A stretch of DNA of 64,000 nt from Octopus vulgaris (GCA_951406725.2 OX597816.1:74710001-74774000); one strand, 5' to 3'; positions 1 to 14,919 are shown, counted from the first letter of the stretch. Notes: generated from the letters alone by a model not told the origin. Translations and numbers: made by a program.

Positions 1-539
1 AATATTTCCTCCTTCTTCTAGGAAATCTGCATTTCTTATAAATTTTACCTCTAATATAATTATACTTAAAAATACGTCAATCCTCATAGGTTGAGCGGAT
101 TTCGCCGGAGGAATTGGCATGGTTATGAAATTATGCTGAATTATGTAATATTGTGCTGCATACTGTGCATTGTTAAATAATAAATCATGCAATTGAATGC
201 ATGTTGTAATGTTCTGAGCAATTTTTATTTCTTTAATTTTTTTATATATGTGTGTGTATGTGTAAGAGAGAGAGAAAGAGAGAGAGTGTGTGTGTACACA
301 CACACCAACACACATATATATTCTTTTATTCTTTTTTCTTTTACTTGTTTCAGTCATTTCACTGCGGCCATCCTGGAGCACCGCCTTAACGGGTGTTAGA
401 CAAACAAATCGACCAGAGGATTTATTCTTTGTAAGCCTAGTACTTATTTTATCGTTCTTTTTTGCTGAACTGCTAATTTACAGGTACATAAATACACCAG
501 CATCGGTTGTCAAGCAGTGGCAGGGGGACGAACACAGAC

Positions 540-612
<73 letters not shown>

Positions 613-1763
613 TATATATATGCATGTGTATATACATAAATGTATGTATGTATGTACATCCAGAAATAAACCGACACCTCCATAATGCACAGGAGGAGGC
701 TACAGAAAGGAAAATGTGTAACTAGGAAAAAACAAAAGGTGTGCCTTACGTCTATGTGAGAGGATGTTGGGGAGTAATAAGAGGAAAGGCAAAGACGAGA
801 GAAAGACTGTGAGATATCAACAGGTTATACACCACACCCAATCATATACACAATCATATGCATCAGTCGGCAGATGCATTCAACGTGTACTCATATATAA
901 GTGCGCACGCACGCACTCACGCACACCACACCCACCCACTCACATACGTACACACACACGCACATGTTAGTAACGGACTGAAAGAATGATTACTCAACAC
1001 AGGACAGGTGGATAGATTAGATAATTCTTTTTAATAGTGTTTTATTGCTTCTCCGGCACCATTGGTTTCTTGTAGGAAAATCTTCATTTATTCGACCTGA
1101 CTTTGAAACACGAATGCTACTCTTCTATTGAAAAAGATGAAAGTGTTATGCTAAATCACAGATAGCACATGATATCAATAATATAGAATAAGTTATGCAT
1201 CAATCTATAAAGAATTTATGGAATATATGATGAATATATAAAGGGAAGCAACATCCAAGCAACATCCAAGCAACATTCCTTTGTAATAAACTTGGAATAT
1301 GATAAATGCAGTAAAATGATGACTTGCATCAATGCCTTTAAATATGCATATGCACAATTACACATAATTATACATAAATAAGCGTGCGTATATTCATATA
1401 TAAATGTACATAACTATGCATATGTATGCATTAAGAATACACGCACATATATATACACATATTCATGTACAACATAAACGTACGCATGCACACATACATA
1501 ACCAGAAATATATGTATTATAGCTTTAACATTCGTTGCTGGATTGTTGCCATATGTGAGTTTACATGTGATGGAACTGTGCTCTATAAATGCTTCAAGGT
1601 TTGTTTATTTAGGGAATTCGGTGCCTCCCATTACAGTTATAAAAATATGCTACTGCATTTATCTTATACTAAGTTTATTACAAGGGAAGTAACCAATAAT
1701 ACTGACCCTGGATGATTGCTTCCCTTTATATATTCATTACATATTCCTTGTATATTTATGCGT

Positions 1764-2115
1764 GGAGGTTCAATGGCCCAGTGGTTAGGACTCGCGGTTT
1801 CGATTCCCAGACCGGGCGTTGCGAGTGTTTATCGAGCGAAAACACTTAAAGATCCACGAGGCTCCGGCAGGGGGTGTTAGTGAACCCTGCTGTACTCTTT
1901 CACCACAACTTTCTCTCACTCTTTCTTCCTGTTTCTGTTGTACACACTCTGTGTCATGCTGTCACACTCTGTGTCATGCTGAATCTCCCCAAGAACTACG
2001 TTAAAGGTACACGTGTCTGTGGAGTGCTCATCCACTTGCACGTTAATTTCACGAGCAGGCTGTTTTGTTGATTGGATCAACTGGAACCCTCGTCGTCGTA
2101 ACCGACGGAGCGCCG
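1764..2115 (+). mobile_element. SINE family B (tRNA-derived head), tail type 1
   Basis: A box tggcccagtggt, B box ggtttcgattccc, shared core ...ccacaactttctctcactctttc; tail ...ggaaccctcgtcgtcgtaaccgacggag; matches 47723-48108(-). Confidence 0.85.
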
Positions 2116-3366
2116 TAGTGTATTTATGCATAACTAATTCGATGTTATTCATATTTCGTACCATCTAAGGTTTCTCATGACACTCACCTCAGATTCAATG
2201 GCGAAGTGTCACTCGTTCTTCGAAATTTGGTTAAATAAATACAGATTTTTCTGCAAGGAACCAATGGTACGGGAGAAGCAACCAAGCTATGCGTGTGTGT
2301 GTGTGTGTGTGTGTAAGAAAGATACCCCTTAGTGAATTATTCATCACCAATGAGTAAGGGACGTTCTGTCACAGTTTTGTCTTTCCTTTTCTACCCTTCG
2401 ATGTTTCACTTAGAGAGCGAGTGAGAAGAGTGACACAGAAAGGAGGATAAAGTGTGAGAAAATTAGAAGAAAAGACAATATGGGAGAATAAAGAAAGAAA
2501 ACCGAGCAAGGAGAACATAAAAGAAGTGTGAATACTCTTCCACTTTCTGAAAATGTCTTCAATTTAAATCATGTTCATGTAGATAAATACAAGAATTTAA
2601 ATACATTTTGCTTGCATTTTTTAATTATATTTGCATCTTTCAAAAAATTTGAAACATGTGCATTTCAAACTTTCAGTAAGTAAAACAATATTATGTTTAT
2701 CTTTTCATTATTGAATATCCATTATTTTTCTTTATTTCTTTCAGTTTTGGAAATATATAGTTTTCTTTCGTTATTTATTGACAAGTTCAAAAGATTTCAT
2801 TATAAAAAGCATTAAACAATGGCCCCATTTACTAATGTAGCATAAAATGTTCTTAAATATAGCTATTCCTTTCTTTCTGAATAATTCTGCCGTATAAATT
2901 TGGCTATTTCACTTTAGAGTTGTCTAATTCACTTTAGACTTAGATCTGATATTTTAACATTCTTGTGAAAGGGGAGACATTTATATATTTTAGAAAACTA
3001 TTACTTTATCTACATCATTTGATGAAGATATAAATGGCATATAAGAGTTCTGTTTTATACGTTACATTTAACTTTAAAAAGTTAAATGATGGCTCAACGT
3101 TTTACTACTGAATCTTTAAGTTTAATAGCAACATTGAAATGAAAAAACAATGTAAAAATTAGCGTCTTATCAATAATTTGCATGTACCACGTCCTCGCGA
3201 TGTTTTCTTTTTCTTGTGTTCTTTTTCCGTTTTTTTTTGGGGGGGGGATTATATATACATACATACAAACATAAATACATACATACATACATACATACAT
3301 ACATACATACATACATACATACATACATACATACATACATAAATACATACATACATACATACATAC

Positions 3367-3397
<31 letters not shown>

Positions 3398-3402
3398 CAT
3401 AG

Positions 3403-4611
3403 ACAGTGAGATGGATAAATTGTCGCCATTTTATATTTTTAATTTTGCGCGTGTATGTTCTTTGTTTTTGATTTTGTCGATAACACAGTATAGTAGGGTC
3501 AGTTGGGCACTGTCTGTGACAAAGACAGCACCATGACGCAATTCCCTCTGCCAGAAATTTTGAAACGACGTGCTGCCTTGCTTGACATTCGCGCCAGAAG
3601 TTCCAATACGAACATTTCAGAGTGTTTGAGTGTCAATCTGAGGACAGAGCAGAGGATTCGGAAAGAGTTGGATGACTTTAATAGTGTTTACGAAGGTACA
3701 GCAGCTCGGAAAACTCTCTCTAGTCATTCTGATAAGAAAAGAACTCTTGTTGGTGAGATCCAGGCCATGATTGACAACGATCCCTCCAAGTCAGATACTC
3801 CCATGTCCGCCAAGGACATGGAAGTATCTGAGTTTCTTATCAGGCAGGTAGCGTATGAAGATATTTGGTATTCCTCATACAAGATGAGAAAGGGCCAATT
3901 TTTATCCCAAGCCACTAAGGACAAGAGGAAAGACCGCGCTACGAAACTTTTGAACAAACTCAAGCATCCCTCCAACTGAACATACTTTGGTTTTTCTCAG
4001 ACAAGAAACATTTGTGTCAGATGGTACCGAGAGTGATAAAAATCAAACATCCAGTCAACATCATGCCTCCATTCATCTTCCCATACAATCTCAGACTAAA
4101 CACGGAGGCCTACATCAAGTGCCAGGAGAAGGTAGTGTTGCCCTGGGTCAGGCGAGTAGCTGCTGGAGGACCCTATGTCTGGCAACAGGACTCTGCACTA
4201 TGCCACACAAGCAGAATAACCCAGTCATGGCTGTAAGACAATTTCTGCGACCGCATCACCCCTAACATCTAACCACCTAATTCCTCAGATTGCAACCCCT
4301 TTGATTATTATGTGTGGATCGCAGTTGAGCAAGAGACCAACAAAACTCCTTACAACACCAAAGATGAACTGAAGGCAAGGATTAGGGCAGCATTCACCAG
4401 CTTAAACAAGGAAACTCTCCAGAAGAGTTGCAGGAGATTCCGAAGTCGTCTGGAGGCCGTGGTTGAAACCAACGGCGATAGTATTGAATAAATTTACTCT
4501 TTAGTATTTCAAGATATTTTTATGTAATTTGGGCAAATATATCTGTTAAAATGAGATGTCAGTGTTATTTTCATTTATGCGTAATTTAGACATTTTATTC
4601 ACCGCATCTGG

Positions 4612-4612
<1 letters not shown>
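3403..4612 (+). mobile_element. Defective Tc1/mariner transposon, DD37D (maT-type)
   Basis: HTH-like ORF 3503-3979, then WFFSD, WQQDSALCH and PPNSSDCNPFDYYVW; 37 codons counted between 2nd and 3rd Asp; C-terminus FRSRLEAVVETNGDSIE*. Stops and probable internal deletions; loosely matching termini at ~3403-3425 and ~4589-4612. Confidence 0.85.
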
Positions 4613-4654
<42 letters not shown>

Positions 4655-4879
4655 TACTTACAAAGCAGACAGACAGACAGAATTCTGGTGACTGCCACTT
4701 TCTTTTGAGAAGAAGACCAGCACTTCAATTATTAAATGCTGTCATCCAATCTCAAATGACTTGCAAGTCTATCTTTAAACAAATAGACCTTACTACAGAT
4801 GTTACAAGCATTTTCAGGCAGAAAAGTGTCTGGAATTGAAGTTGTCTTGTTTACGAATGCTCGTTTCCAGATGGATTGT

Positions 4880-5420
4880 TCGATTGTCCGTGTTTCAAAT
4901 GCTATTGTAGGTTACATCTTTCCAAACAGATCGATTTTCTGTCATCTGCTCCCAGTCTTTAATATTCTCACTAAGAGCCATGAGGTTGCTTGGACGGTAT
5001 CTCTAAAACGTTCATTCCGCCGGGGATTCCGCCGAGGTCGACTTTGCCTTTCATCCTTTCGGGGTCGATAAATTAAGTACTAGTTACGCACTGGGGTCGA
5101 TTTAATTGACTTAATACCTATGTCTGTCTCCTCTATGTTTAGCGCCTTGTGGGTAATAAAGAAATAGGTATCTCTAAAACGTTTCTTAGGTTTCTGTCTC
5201 GGACGTTTACTAGGTTGCGAAACAGCTGCTTAGGCAATCTGTCATCCTGCTTCTCAGTAAAGTTTTCCATCCAACACATCTAATTGCGTATGAGGAGAAT
5301 TTCAAAACTGGATGTGTTGGCTTGCTGAAGAACAACGGAGTCTGGTGTTTAAGATCCTCCAAAGGCAAATTTCATGGAGTCTTTCCAAAGCCTTGGTTTG
5401 ATGACGATACACATGAAACT
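4880..5420 (-). mobile_element. RTE-clade LINE 3' ORF2 fragment, interrupted by a SINE
   Basis: Minus-strand FEILLIRN*MCW...DDRLPKQLF...KRPRQKPKKRFRDTV, typical of the RTE C-terminal region; continues across the 5013-5166 insertion. Confidence 0.65.
5013..5166 (+). mobile_element. SINE family C (5'-truncated) with target-site duplication
   Basis: Body gaggtcgactttgcctttcatcctttcggggtcgat recurs many times in the window; flanked by ggtatctctaaaacgtt at 4996-5012 and 5167-5183. Confidence 0.85.
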
Positions 5421-5429
5421 TAAGTACAT

Positions 5430-5843
5430 AGGCGCAGGAATGGCTGTGTGGTAAGTAGCTTGTTTACCAACCACATGGTTCCGGGTTCAGTCCCACTGTG
5501 TGGCACCTTGGGCAAGTTCTTCTACTATAGCCTCGGGCCCACCAAAGCCTTGTGAGTGGATTTGGTAGACGGAAACTGAAAGAAGCCCGTTGTATATATG
5601 TATATATATGTATGTATGTGTGCGTGTATGTTTGTGTGTCTGTGTTTGTCCCATCCAACATCGCTTGACATCCGATGCTAGTGTGTTTATGTCCTCGTCA
5701 CTTAGCGGTTCGGCAAAAAGAGACCGATAGAATAAGTACTAGGCTTACAAAGAATAAATCCCGAGGTCGAGTTGCTCGATTAAAGGCGGTACTCCGGCAT
5801 GGCCACAGTCAAATGACTGAAACAAGTAAAAGAGTAAAAGAGT
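5430..5843 (+). mobile_element. SINE family A, full length (tRNA-like head, CORE-like ACCTTGGGCAAG motif, internal TA/TG microsatellite, CR1-like 3' tail)
   Basis: A box tggctgtgtggt, B box ggttcagtccc, tail ggcggtactccggcatggccacagtcaaatgactgaaacaagtaaaagag. Further copies or halves at ~322-545(-), 6518-6848(+), 8214-8470(-), 24686-25076(+), 31325-31725(+), 35011-35469(-), 41147-41288(-), 46303-46465(+), 50482-50583(-), 52251-52405(-), 59014-59385(-). Confidence 0.9.
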
Positions 5844-6072
5844 ATATATCCATAAATATACACATGCGCGTGCTAATATATGAAAATACGCATGCACATA
5901 TACATACAGACACACACGCACGCGTAAGCATAAGTATACATCAAAATAATTTCATTGAAGTTTTGATGATACGACATAAGTTATATGAATTTTCAAATTG
6001 GGCGTGAAATGAGAATTTCTATTCACATTTAATTTTCTCCATCCGTAGATGGAAATATACAAGTATACGGGC

Positions 6073-6120
<48 letters not shown>

Positions 6121-7078
6121 TCACACATACATACGTGTGTGTATATATGTGTGTGTATGTATGCATGCGTATGCATGTATTTATGTAGCTATATATAAAT
6201 GTACTATATAAATTATAAACGCTTATCCATACACATATATGCTTATATGTGTATCATTTCTTTTTATGTTTCTACGCGTGTGTGTGAGTGCGCGTGCGTG
6301 TGTGTATGTATGTGCGTGTGTGTGTATGTATGTATGTATGTGTGTGTGTGTGTGTGTGTACTTTCAACATTTATTTTTGTAGAAAAGATTGACAGGCGAT
6401 TCATTGCTGGAAAGCATGGTGCGTGCCTACACCAATTTCCTATTTTGGATTTGATTGCATTACATACATAGAGGTATTCGTTTACGAAACGTGTTGTCTC
6501 TGAATTCTATAGGAACTCTACAGAGATAAACCAACCAAAGCCTTGTGAGTGGATTTGGTAGACGGAAACTGAAAGAAGCCTGTTGTATATACGTATATAT
6601 ATATGGATGTGTACGTGTACGTTTTTGTGTCTGTGTTTACCCCCACCACCACCACCACCACCACCACCATGCCTGACAACCGATGGTGGTGTGTTTGCGT
6701 CCCCACAACTTGGCGGTTCGGCAAAAGAGACCGATAGTAAGTACTAGGCTTACAAAGAATAAGTCCTGCGGTCGATTTGCTCGGGTAAAGGCGGTGCTCC
6801 AGCATGGCCGCAGTCAAATGATTGTAACATATAAAAGAGTAAAAGAGAAATAGAAATTAAAAGTGATACATCGACTGAAAAAAAAGACTCAATGGCGTCG
6901 CTCGGTGTGGGATTCGTGTGGCGTCATTCCACTCCTCCATTATTTTCTCTCATCTTCTTTCATTCGCTTTTTCCCCCACTTTCGTTTTTTGTTTGTTTGT
7001 TTTGTCCTGATTGTTTTGTGCTGTCCTACATGTATTTGTCCTTCTGTGTTTAGCCACTTGTGCGTAATCAAGAAATAG

Positions 7079-8208
7079 TTGTTACAATCATCTGAAATGG
7101 AACTGTCAAAGCGCGATATTCGAGCAATTTTGCTATTCAACCTCAAAAAAGGACGTAAAGCAGCTGAAACTTCTCGCGATATGAACGAAATGTTTGGTGA
7201 GGAAATGACCAGTGAGTGGTCAGCTCGAAAATGGTTTAAACGACTTCGCTGTGGAGACCTGAACCATGAAGATTGTGAGCGTAGTGGACGCCCATCTGTC
7301 ATCGATGACGGTCAATTAAAGACCGTCAATGAAAAAGATTCACGTGAAACCACTCAAAAATTGATAGAAGAACTTCAAGTAAGCCAGAAAACTGCCTGCA
7401 GCTATTTGCATGCGATCGGAAAATCAAAAAAAACTCGAAAATGGGCACCATTCGATTTGGATGAAAATCAGAAAATGCGCAGATATGAAATTTGCTCATC
7501 GCTTCTCCGTAATCAGACCGATCCATTTCTCGACCATACTGTGACTTGCGATGAAAACTGGATTCTGTACAATGATAAAAATCGTTCTTCGCAGTGGTTG
7601 GGCCAAAATGAAGCACCGAAAATCTTCCCTAAACTCGAGCTCTTCAACAAGAAGGTTATAGTGGCTGTTTGGTGATGTGCTGCTGGGCTCATTCACTATA
7701 ACTTTTTAAAACCCAGAACAATCATTACTGCAGAAATATATTGCCATGAAATTGCCAAAATGAACGGAAAACTACTACTCCCCACTCCCAGACTAGTCAA
7801 CAGAAGAGGGCCAATCATTCTTCACGACAATGCTCGACCACACGTTTTACTAATGACCCTCTAGAAGTTGAGGGAACTTGGATACGAGGTTCTTCCCCAC
7901 CCAGCTTATTCCCTAGACTTTTCTCCTACCGACTATCACTTTTTCAAGCATCTTGATGGTTTCCTGCGACTGAAGGAGTTCAAAAATCAAACCGATGCCG
8001 AAAGTGCGTTCATCAGCTCCAGAACGCCAGTTTTTTATGTTACCAGAATAAACAAACTTGTAACTCGTTCGCAAAAATGTGTTGATTATAATGGTGCTTA
8101 TGTATTATAATGGTGCTTACTTTGATGAATAAAATTTCCGCATTGTTGAAATACATTATGATGAATTTCATGTTTCAAAACGTTGCTTACTTTTCACTCA
8201 GCCTGATA
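7079..8208 (+). mobile_element. Defective mariner (DD34D) transposon, left end lost
   Basis: ORF 7097-7675 with WAPFDL (WVPHEL-like) and VTCDENW, continuing LHDNARPHV and HPAYSLDFSPTDYHFF; in-frame stops; right TIR-like end cttacttttcactcagcctgata followed by TA. Confidence 0.92.
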
Positions 8209-8469
8209 TATAATCTTTTACACGTTTCAGTCATTCGACTGTGGACATGCCGGAGCACCGCCTTTAGTCGAACAAATCTACCCCAGGACTTATTCCTTAT
8301 AAGCCTAGTACTCATTTCATCGTTCTCTTTTGCCGAACCGCTAGGTTGTCAAACGATGGTGTGGGACAAACACAGACACACAAATATGTACATATAGTAG
8401 AAGACACTTGCTCAAGGTATCACGCAGTGGGACTGAACCCGGAAACATGTGGTTGGAAAGCAAACTGCT

Positions 8470-8778
8470 TATTTCTTTATTGCTCACCCCGAAAGGATGA
8501 AAGGCAAAGTCGACCTCGGCAGAATTTGAACTCAGAACGTAACGGCAGACAAAATACCTATTTCTTTACAACCCACAAGGGGCTAAACACAGAGAGGACA
8601 GACAAACGGATTAAGTCGATTATATCGACCCCAGTGTGTAACTGGTACTTATTTAATCGACCCCCGAAAGGATGAAAAGCAAAGTCGACCTCGGCGGAAT
8701 TTGAACTCAGAACGTAAAGACAGACGAAATACTGTTAAGCATTTCGACCGGAGTGCTAACGTTTCTGCCAGCTCGCCT
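8470..8778 (-). mobile_element. SINE family C, tandem partial dimer nested in a family A SINE
   Basis: Two copies of cgaaaggatgaaa.gcaaagtcgacctcggc.gaatttgaactcagaacgtaa; family A sequence resumes at ~8781. Confidence 0.8.
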
Positions 8779-8807
8779 TAGGAAAGCAAGCTTCTTACCA
8801 CACAACC

Positions 8808-8838
<31 letters not shown>

Positions 8839-9122
8839 TGTATGTATGTATGTATGTATGTATGTATGTATGTATGTATGTATGCATGTATGTATGTATG
8901 TATGTATGTATGTATGTATGTATGTATGTATGTGTGTGTGTACCTACATATATATTCGGGTGTAAAGTTACATTAGTGACCCAAGGGCCGGTAGGTTGGG
9001 TACATTTCTCTAATCAAACAGAAACGTCTAATTTGATAAGAGCAGTGCACAAAACTCACGTCTCTGAAGTCATGCAATTTTAGAGCCGAATAAAATATAT
9101 GTGTGTATCTATCTTTGTGTGT

Positions 9123-9196
<74 letters not shown>

Positions 9197-9206
9197 TGTG
9201 TGTGTG

Positions 9207-9294
<88 letters not shown>

Positions 9295-10299
9295 CATCCT
9301 TCATTGTGAAAAATAGAAACTGGAAACTTTGAGTGATGATAAAACATCAAATTTGAATAAATGAATAGCCTAACTGCATGCATTAAGTACATTTTTCTCC
9401 CGTTTGGAGATTTAACACACACTCGTGTGAGTGTATCTACGCACACACTCTAATGCACATTCGTGTGTTTATGTATGATAGGGTATGGATATGTCTATAT
9501 ACATATACGTATTCTAATGTATGCATACGATGCATGTATATATATGCATAGTGTATGTGTGTGTGTGTGTGTGTGTGTGTATGTGAATAAAGACAATCTT
9601 AAATTAAAAATCATAAATCTTGCAATTATAGCTACCCAGGGTTTCCTTATCGAAATGATAATTTTTTGCGCCATTCATCAAGCTGAAAGCAAGACCGTTT
9701 GTCAGTTTTCTGTTGAGTAGAATAACGTTTAAAACAAGAGACACATTCTAAACAAGAAGACAAAAAGGAATAGCACAAGGCAGATAACCAACGTTACAAT
9801 ATTTCGATGTGATGCAAGCGTAACCCAGATGTTAATGCTTTACAAAGCGTCCGGTTATCTACTTTTAAATTCCGACATGATGTATTTTTTGACATGTAAA
9901 CATAAAGAAAAAAATCTCGTTCCTCGAATGTACGTATTCGTTGGAAGTTCTCAAGTCTTTCAATAGATACATAATTCCAAGCGAACACACTGAACATTTG
10001 TTAGATCCGTTAAATTAGGGTCTGGATTTAAAGAGGGTTTTCCCTTCGTTTTTAAGTTTCCAGATTAAAGCCGAAAGGGTTCATGAATATCTCTTATCAC
10101 GGTGCCCAAAATTCGAAAGAGGGTTCTTATATCTTAATTTAAATCTTCTTTCCACAGTTCCGATATGACGTTTGATATTTGTACGACCATTGTCGTAGTT
10201 TTCTAAAATCTAAGCTTCATAAGCAACGGAAGATATATCGCACTCCTGTCCTAGGGGACATTTAGATTTTCATTTACGTCTACATCCAGGTCAGGCTTG

Positions 10300-10482
10300 A
10301 GTTTATGGTCTGCTCCACCCTTTCTCTCTTAATGTTAGGACAAATGTAGGTAGAATATTCTTGAATTTAGTAGATATCCACTTCCCTAGAACCCATAGAT
10401 ACAATAAAATCTTTAATAGACACACGATAAAAGTTACCTTTTTTATGCCCTCCTAATGTTAAGTCGTATATCAATAAGCAAC
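10300..10482 (+). mobile_element. Penelope-like element fragment (region C-terminal to the RT core)
   Basis: With frameshifts: WSAPP-FSLNVRTNVGRIFLNLVDIHFPRTHRYNKIFNRHTIKVT-LCPPNVKSYINK, resembling the WFNPPFS.NV.TN.G..FL.L.D.HFP....KIFNR.T.K.SYSC.PN motif of PLEs (recalled as Naiad-type). May extend upstream to ~9800. Confidence 0.7.
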
Positions 10483-10484
10483 AG

Positions 10485-10927
10485 ACGACTCAAGCTGTGA
10501 ACGTAAACCTTTATGCTCAACAAATGCAGCGAGTATAGAATGCTTTGAAAGCCCGCTACACGGCATTAATCAATCGAAGACGCAACTCCTACAGCGTGAC
10601 CATTCCACAGTACACTATTCTCCAGTCTTGGAAGTGCTGCTTCACCTTGCTTACAGACCAGATCTTAAACCGTCAGATTATCACCTTTTTTGAGCCATGG
10701 CTCATTTCCTGCACAGACTGAGTTTCAGCAGTGTGGATAAGGTTGAAACCGGGTACAGGTAGTTTTTTGCCAAATGGTAAAAGTGTGGAATTTAGCTTTT
10801 GTCACGACGATGGCAAAAGACAGTAGAATATGAGGGGATATATTTTGAATAATACTTTTCGTATGTAATTTGTTTGAACCGTTAATTAAAGCTTGGAATA
10901 AGAAAAAAATTTAAACTCAGCCTAGTA
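10485..10927 (+). mobile_element. Degenerate mariner 3' fragment
   Basis: LYAQQMQRV*NALKARY...EVLLHLAYRPDLKPSDYHLF...WQKTVEYEGIYFE*; ends aaactcagcctagTA. Confidence 0.8.
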
Positions 10928-11233
10928 TATATGTATGTATGCATGTATGTATGTACGTACATACATGTATGTCTGTATATATGTATATATTAGTATATAT
11001 ATATATTAAATTCCGAATGAAACGCAGCTCTACTAATGTAAACATTATCAGTCGCACATGCAGAATGTATGTGTTTTGTTTACAGGCCAAAATTGCTGCG
11101 TGATAGCGTCCGGAGAAAGCTCCCTGCATGATGTTGAGTATTAAAGAACTCCTGAATGTCACAGACCCATCCAGACAACCCGCCTCAAAATCACCGACAA
11201 CAGTACATACCGATATTACACACACACACGCAC

Positions 11234-11344
<111 letters not shown>

Positions 11345-12172
11345 AGAGGCAACTCCAGGTCATCAGCGTCACTCGGTCTCATCACAAATTTCGCATAAAA
11401 CACAAGCCTGCTCATAGAATTTCACATTTTCCCGCTTTATTTCTAGCTCCAAATGGCTAATTTCTTATATCTAGCACTATGTCTGTCTCTATTTCTAAAT
11501 TAAGGGTAAAAATAAAGCAACCCCGCAAAACACAACTGATCTTTGCACACAGACACACAGAATAACAGCAAGCAAATAACGACAGCAGAGTGCACAACAA
11601 ACATCAGCGATCTGACTGTCGCCTGTACTCTTGACAAGAGATGCCAGATAGTTTTTTTACACCTACTAAGCTCGTTCGTATTAGCCAGAGTTACTGGATA
11701 AATTTTCGTTCCTTTAAGAATATTGTAAAAGGGAAACTTTTCATAGATTGGAATTTAAATACTAATCTCTACAGAAATTTATTGTTGCAAGAGAACATTG
11801 AAATTGAGTTCATTTTAATTTTTACGATTATAGATAACAATTGGTCTGTTATTACTGAGTCCGAGTCAGGAACGTATGAACGATGTCAAGAGAACGTCTG
11901 CTACAAATAATATTCTTTGACACAGGGCACTTTTAAGACACCGTCAGACGCTGAACGAAAATAAATGAACTGCGACCAGGCTCAATAAAAGGAACCCGAG
12001 TTATTGACTGAAATTACATACTTTAAGTCAGTGTTGGTAGAAACTATATCAGCTTGCAAATACACTTTACTAACTTATATCAGCTTGCAGATAACTTTAC
12101 TAAATTTATACTACTCAGGCTAAGCCAGAACAGCCCGAGTACCGGAGTCGCCACTGATATATACATATAGGT

Positions 12173-12224
<52 letters not shown>

Positions 12225-12236
12225 AAATATATATGC

Positions 12237-12325
<89 letters not shown>

Positions 12326-13260
12326 AACACACACACACACACAAATATGTATGTGCATCCACATATATACACACACACAAATTTGTGTGTGTGTGTGTGT
12401 GTACGCACACGCATGCACACATATGTACTTTAAATTTCTCCCACACCAGCTTTCAGTCACTTTCCAGCGACATTAATTAACACTCTCGACCCCAGACTTC
12501 ATGTTGAATAACACGGCTCAGGGATTTCAGGGTTGCCGAGTTACTTGCCCTACTGTTTATACACCTAGCCAGCCGGAACTTCACGGCAATCAAACGCTAT
12601 CAACGTTATATTATATCATAATTACAACTGTGAATGTTCTTTCATCTCCAGATATGTTTTTTTTTTTGTTTTTTTTAATTTTTATATAAAATATAGAATA
12701 TATAAAACAGTCTATATACACCTATGAATTTTTTCAAACAATTTTATATATACCTCTCTCTTAGTGATTATTTCCTCTTGAGGGAAGTTTCTCCCCTTTT
12801 TATTTCTTAGCCTTTTTATTTCTTAGCAAACCCAATTTCTCTCTGCCTCTTAAACGAAAAACAACTGCACATGGCAGCAGCGACGGTCACCAGTCAAATT
12901 CAACACGTGTATATATATATACACATATACACACATATATACATATCAACGCATATTTACGACAAAATAGCAAAGGTACTACTAAACATATATAAAAACA
13001 AAATTATAACAACCTATCTATACACTACACACACACACATATATATACCTATGTTCACAATATATTCATATATGCATATACATATATGCACACACATATA
13101 TATGCACACACACATATATGCATATACGATTACATAAGATATATATGCATACATAGTCACATATTACATGCATATATATACATAGATGTATAAAAGCTGA
13201 AACTTCGATATAATTGTCACCTTCCATTGTAAAAATAAAATGCTTGCCTTTTTTGTATAT

Positions 13261-13482
13261 CTCTTACTCTTTACTCTTTTACTTGTTTCAGTCATTTGAC
13301 TGCAGCCATGCTGGAGTACCGCCTTTAGTCGAGCAAATCGACCCCGGGACTTATTCTTTGTAAGCCTAGTACTTATTCTATCGGTCTCTTTTGCCGAACC
13401 GCTAAGTTACGGGGACGCAAGCATACCAGCATCGGTTGTCAAGCGATGTTAGGGGGACAAACACAGACACACAAACATACAC

Positions 13483-13539
<57 letters not shown>

Positions 13540-14216
13540 GTAAAAATAATTACAGACATGGACAAGAACATGAAACACCACAGAGACGACACAAGAACCA
13601 CAGGACGGGACATTCGAAGCCCTCAGTCATCAGTCAAGAACCAGATCATCTTAGCAATTTCGGCTGATTAATCTTGAGATTGCTCCGATTTGGGCAGCCC
13701 GCCAAGGGAAATCTAAGCCAAGCGCATTAGATCCCCTGGAAGAAAGCTTCGAATGTATACAACACGAGGACGGAAAACGAACGAAGTACACGAACAAAAA
13801 TACAGAATACGTGACACCAATAAGAATACAAAAACGTAAAAACAATAACGGTAAAAATAAAAAACAAAACAAAACCAGGACGTAGGACAAGGGTCTTTCG
13901 ACAGGACGAGTTGAGTTTAGGGCTGGCTTATGAAGTTGTGCCTAATGGCCGCAGGGAGACGAACAAATACGTGTTGCTTCGGCGACTGCTGGAACGAAAA
14001 GAGCGCTCAGCAGTGGCTAGCGGTCACGTGAGAACAAAAGACAGGAGAAAGGGACAGATGAAAAGAGAGAGAAGGTGGATGAGGGAGGAGAAGAGAGAGA
14101 CAGATCGAGGGGACTGGAGGTGAGAGAGATAGAGAAACGTAGAAGGGGGGGGGAAGACGGATGGAGAGGGAAAGAAAGGAAGGGGAATAAGGGAGGAGAG
14201 AGAGAGAGAAAGAGAC

Positions 14217-14247
<31 letters not shown>

Positions 14248-14378
14248 CGACGGGCTTCTTTCAGTTTCCATCTACTCACAAGGCTTTGGTCGGCCCGAGG
14301 CTATAGTAGAAGACACTTGCCCAAGGTGCCATGTGGTTGGTAAGCAAACTACTTACCACATAGCCACTCCTGCGCCTA
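13261..14378 (-). mobile_element. Family A SINE split by a ~690-bp unclassified insertion in its internal (TA)n
   Basis: 3' half at 13261-13530, 5' half at 14241-14378, same strand; intervening 13532-14220 is flanked by (TA)n on both sides. Confidence 0.75.
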
Positions 14379-14509
14379 TATAGTAACTGTACATAAAAAC
14401 AGGCATTAATATATATGTCTGTATACGTATATGTATATGCACATAGACACAGACACACACACACACACACAGTCACACGCACACATACAGACGCATACGC
14501 ATGCACACA

Positions 14510-14561
<52 letters not shown>

Positions 14562-14640
14562 AATACATAGGTGCAAAATTAGGCGAGGAAAATAATACTC
14601 GAATACCAAAAGTAGAGTGAAATAGTAATTTTTTGAAGCT

Positions 14641-14761
14641 GAAAGACTTCACGAACTGTTACTCAGAGTTTCACGTAATCGATTATCAGAGAACATACTA
14701 CTTTATATTCATTGGTTGTGTAAAACTCCGAGTAACAGTTTGTCAGTTTGTGAAGTCTTTC
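14641..14761. repeat. Short inverted duplication containing a degenerate hammerhead-like motif
   Basis: Arms gaaagacttcacgaactgttactcagagttt and aaactccgagtaacagtttgtcagtttgtgaagtctttc; minus strand reads ctgataa-tcgattacgt-gaaa-ctctgag-ta. Confidence 0.55.
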
Positions 14762-14829
14762 CAACTTCAATGAAATACCATACATATGTGAGTACACACA
14801 CGCACACATATATATAAACAAGCATGGGT

Positions 14830-14919
<90 letters not shown>

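Noticed and set aside
2188-2250. Possible 63-bp minus-strand exon (ttccttgcag ... gtgagt)
   Set aside because: Only a phase-2 frame is open, incompatible with the phase-1 exons, and no domain is recognisable; needs RNA-seq.
13600-13670. GAAA...CTGATGA on the minus strand (similar layout near 29180-29235) as a type II hammerhead
   Set aside because: Stems I and III cannot be formed convincingly.
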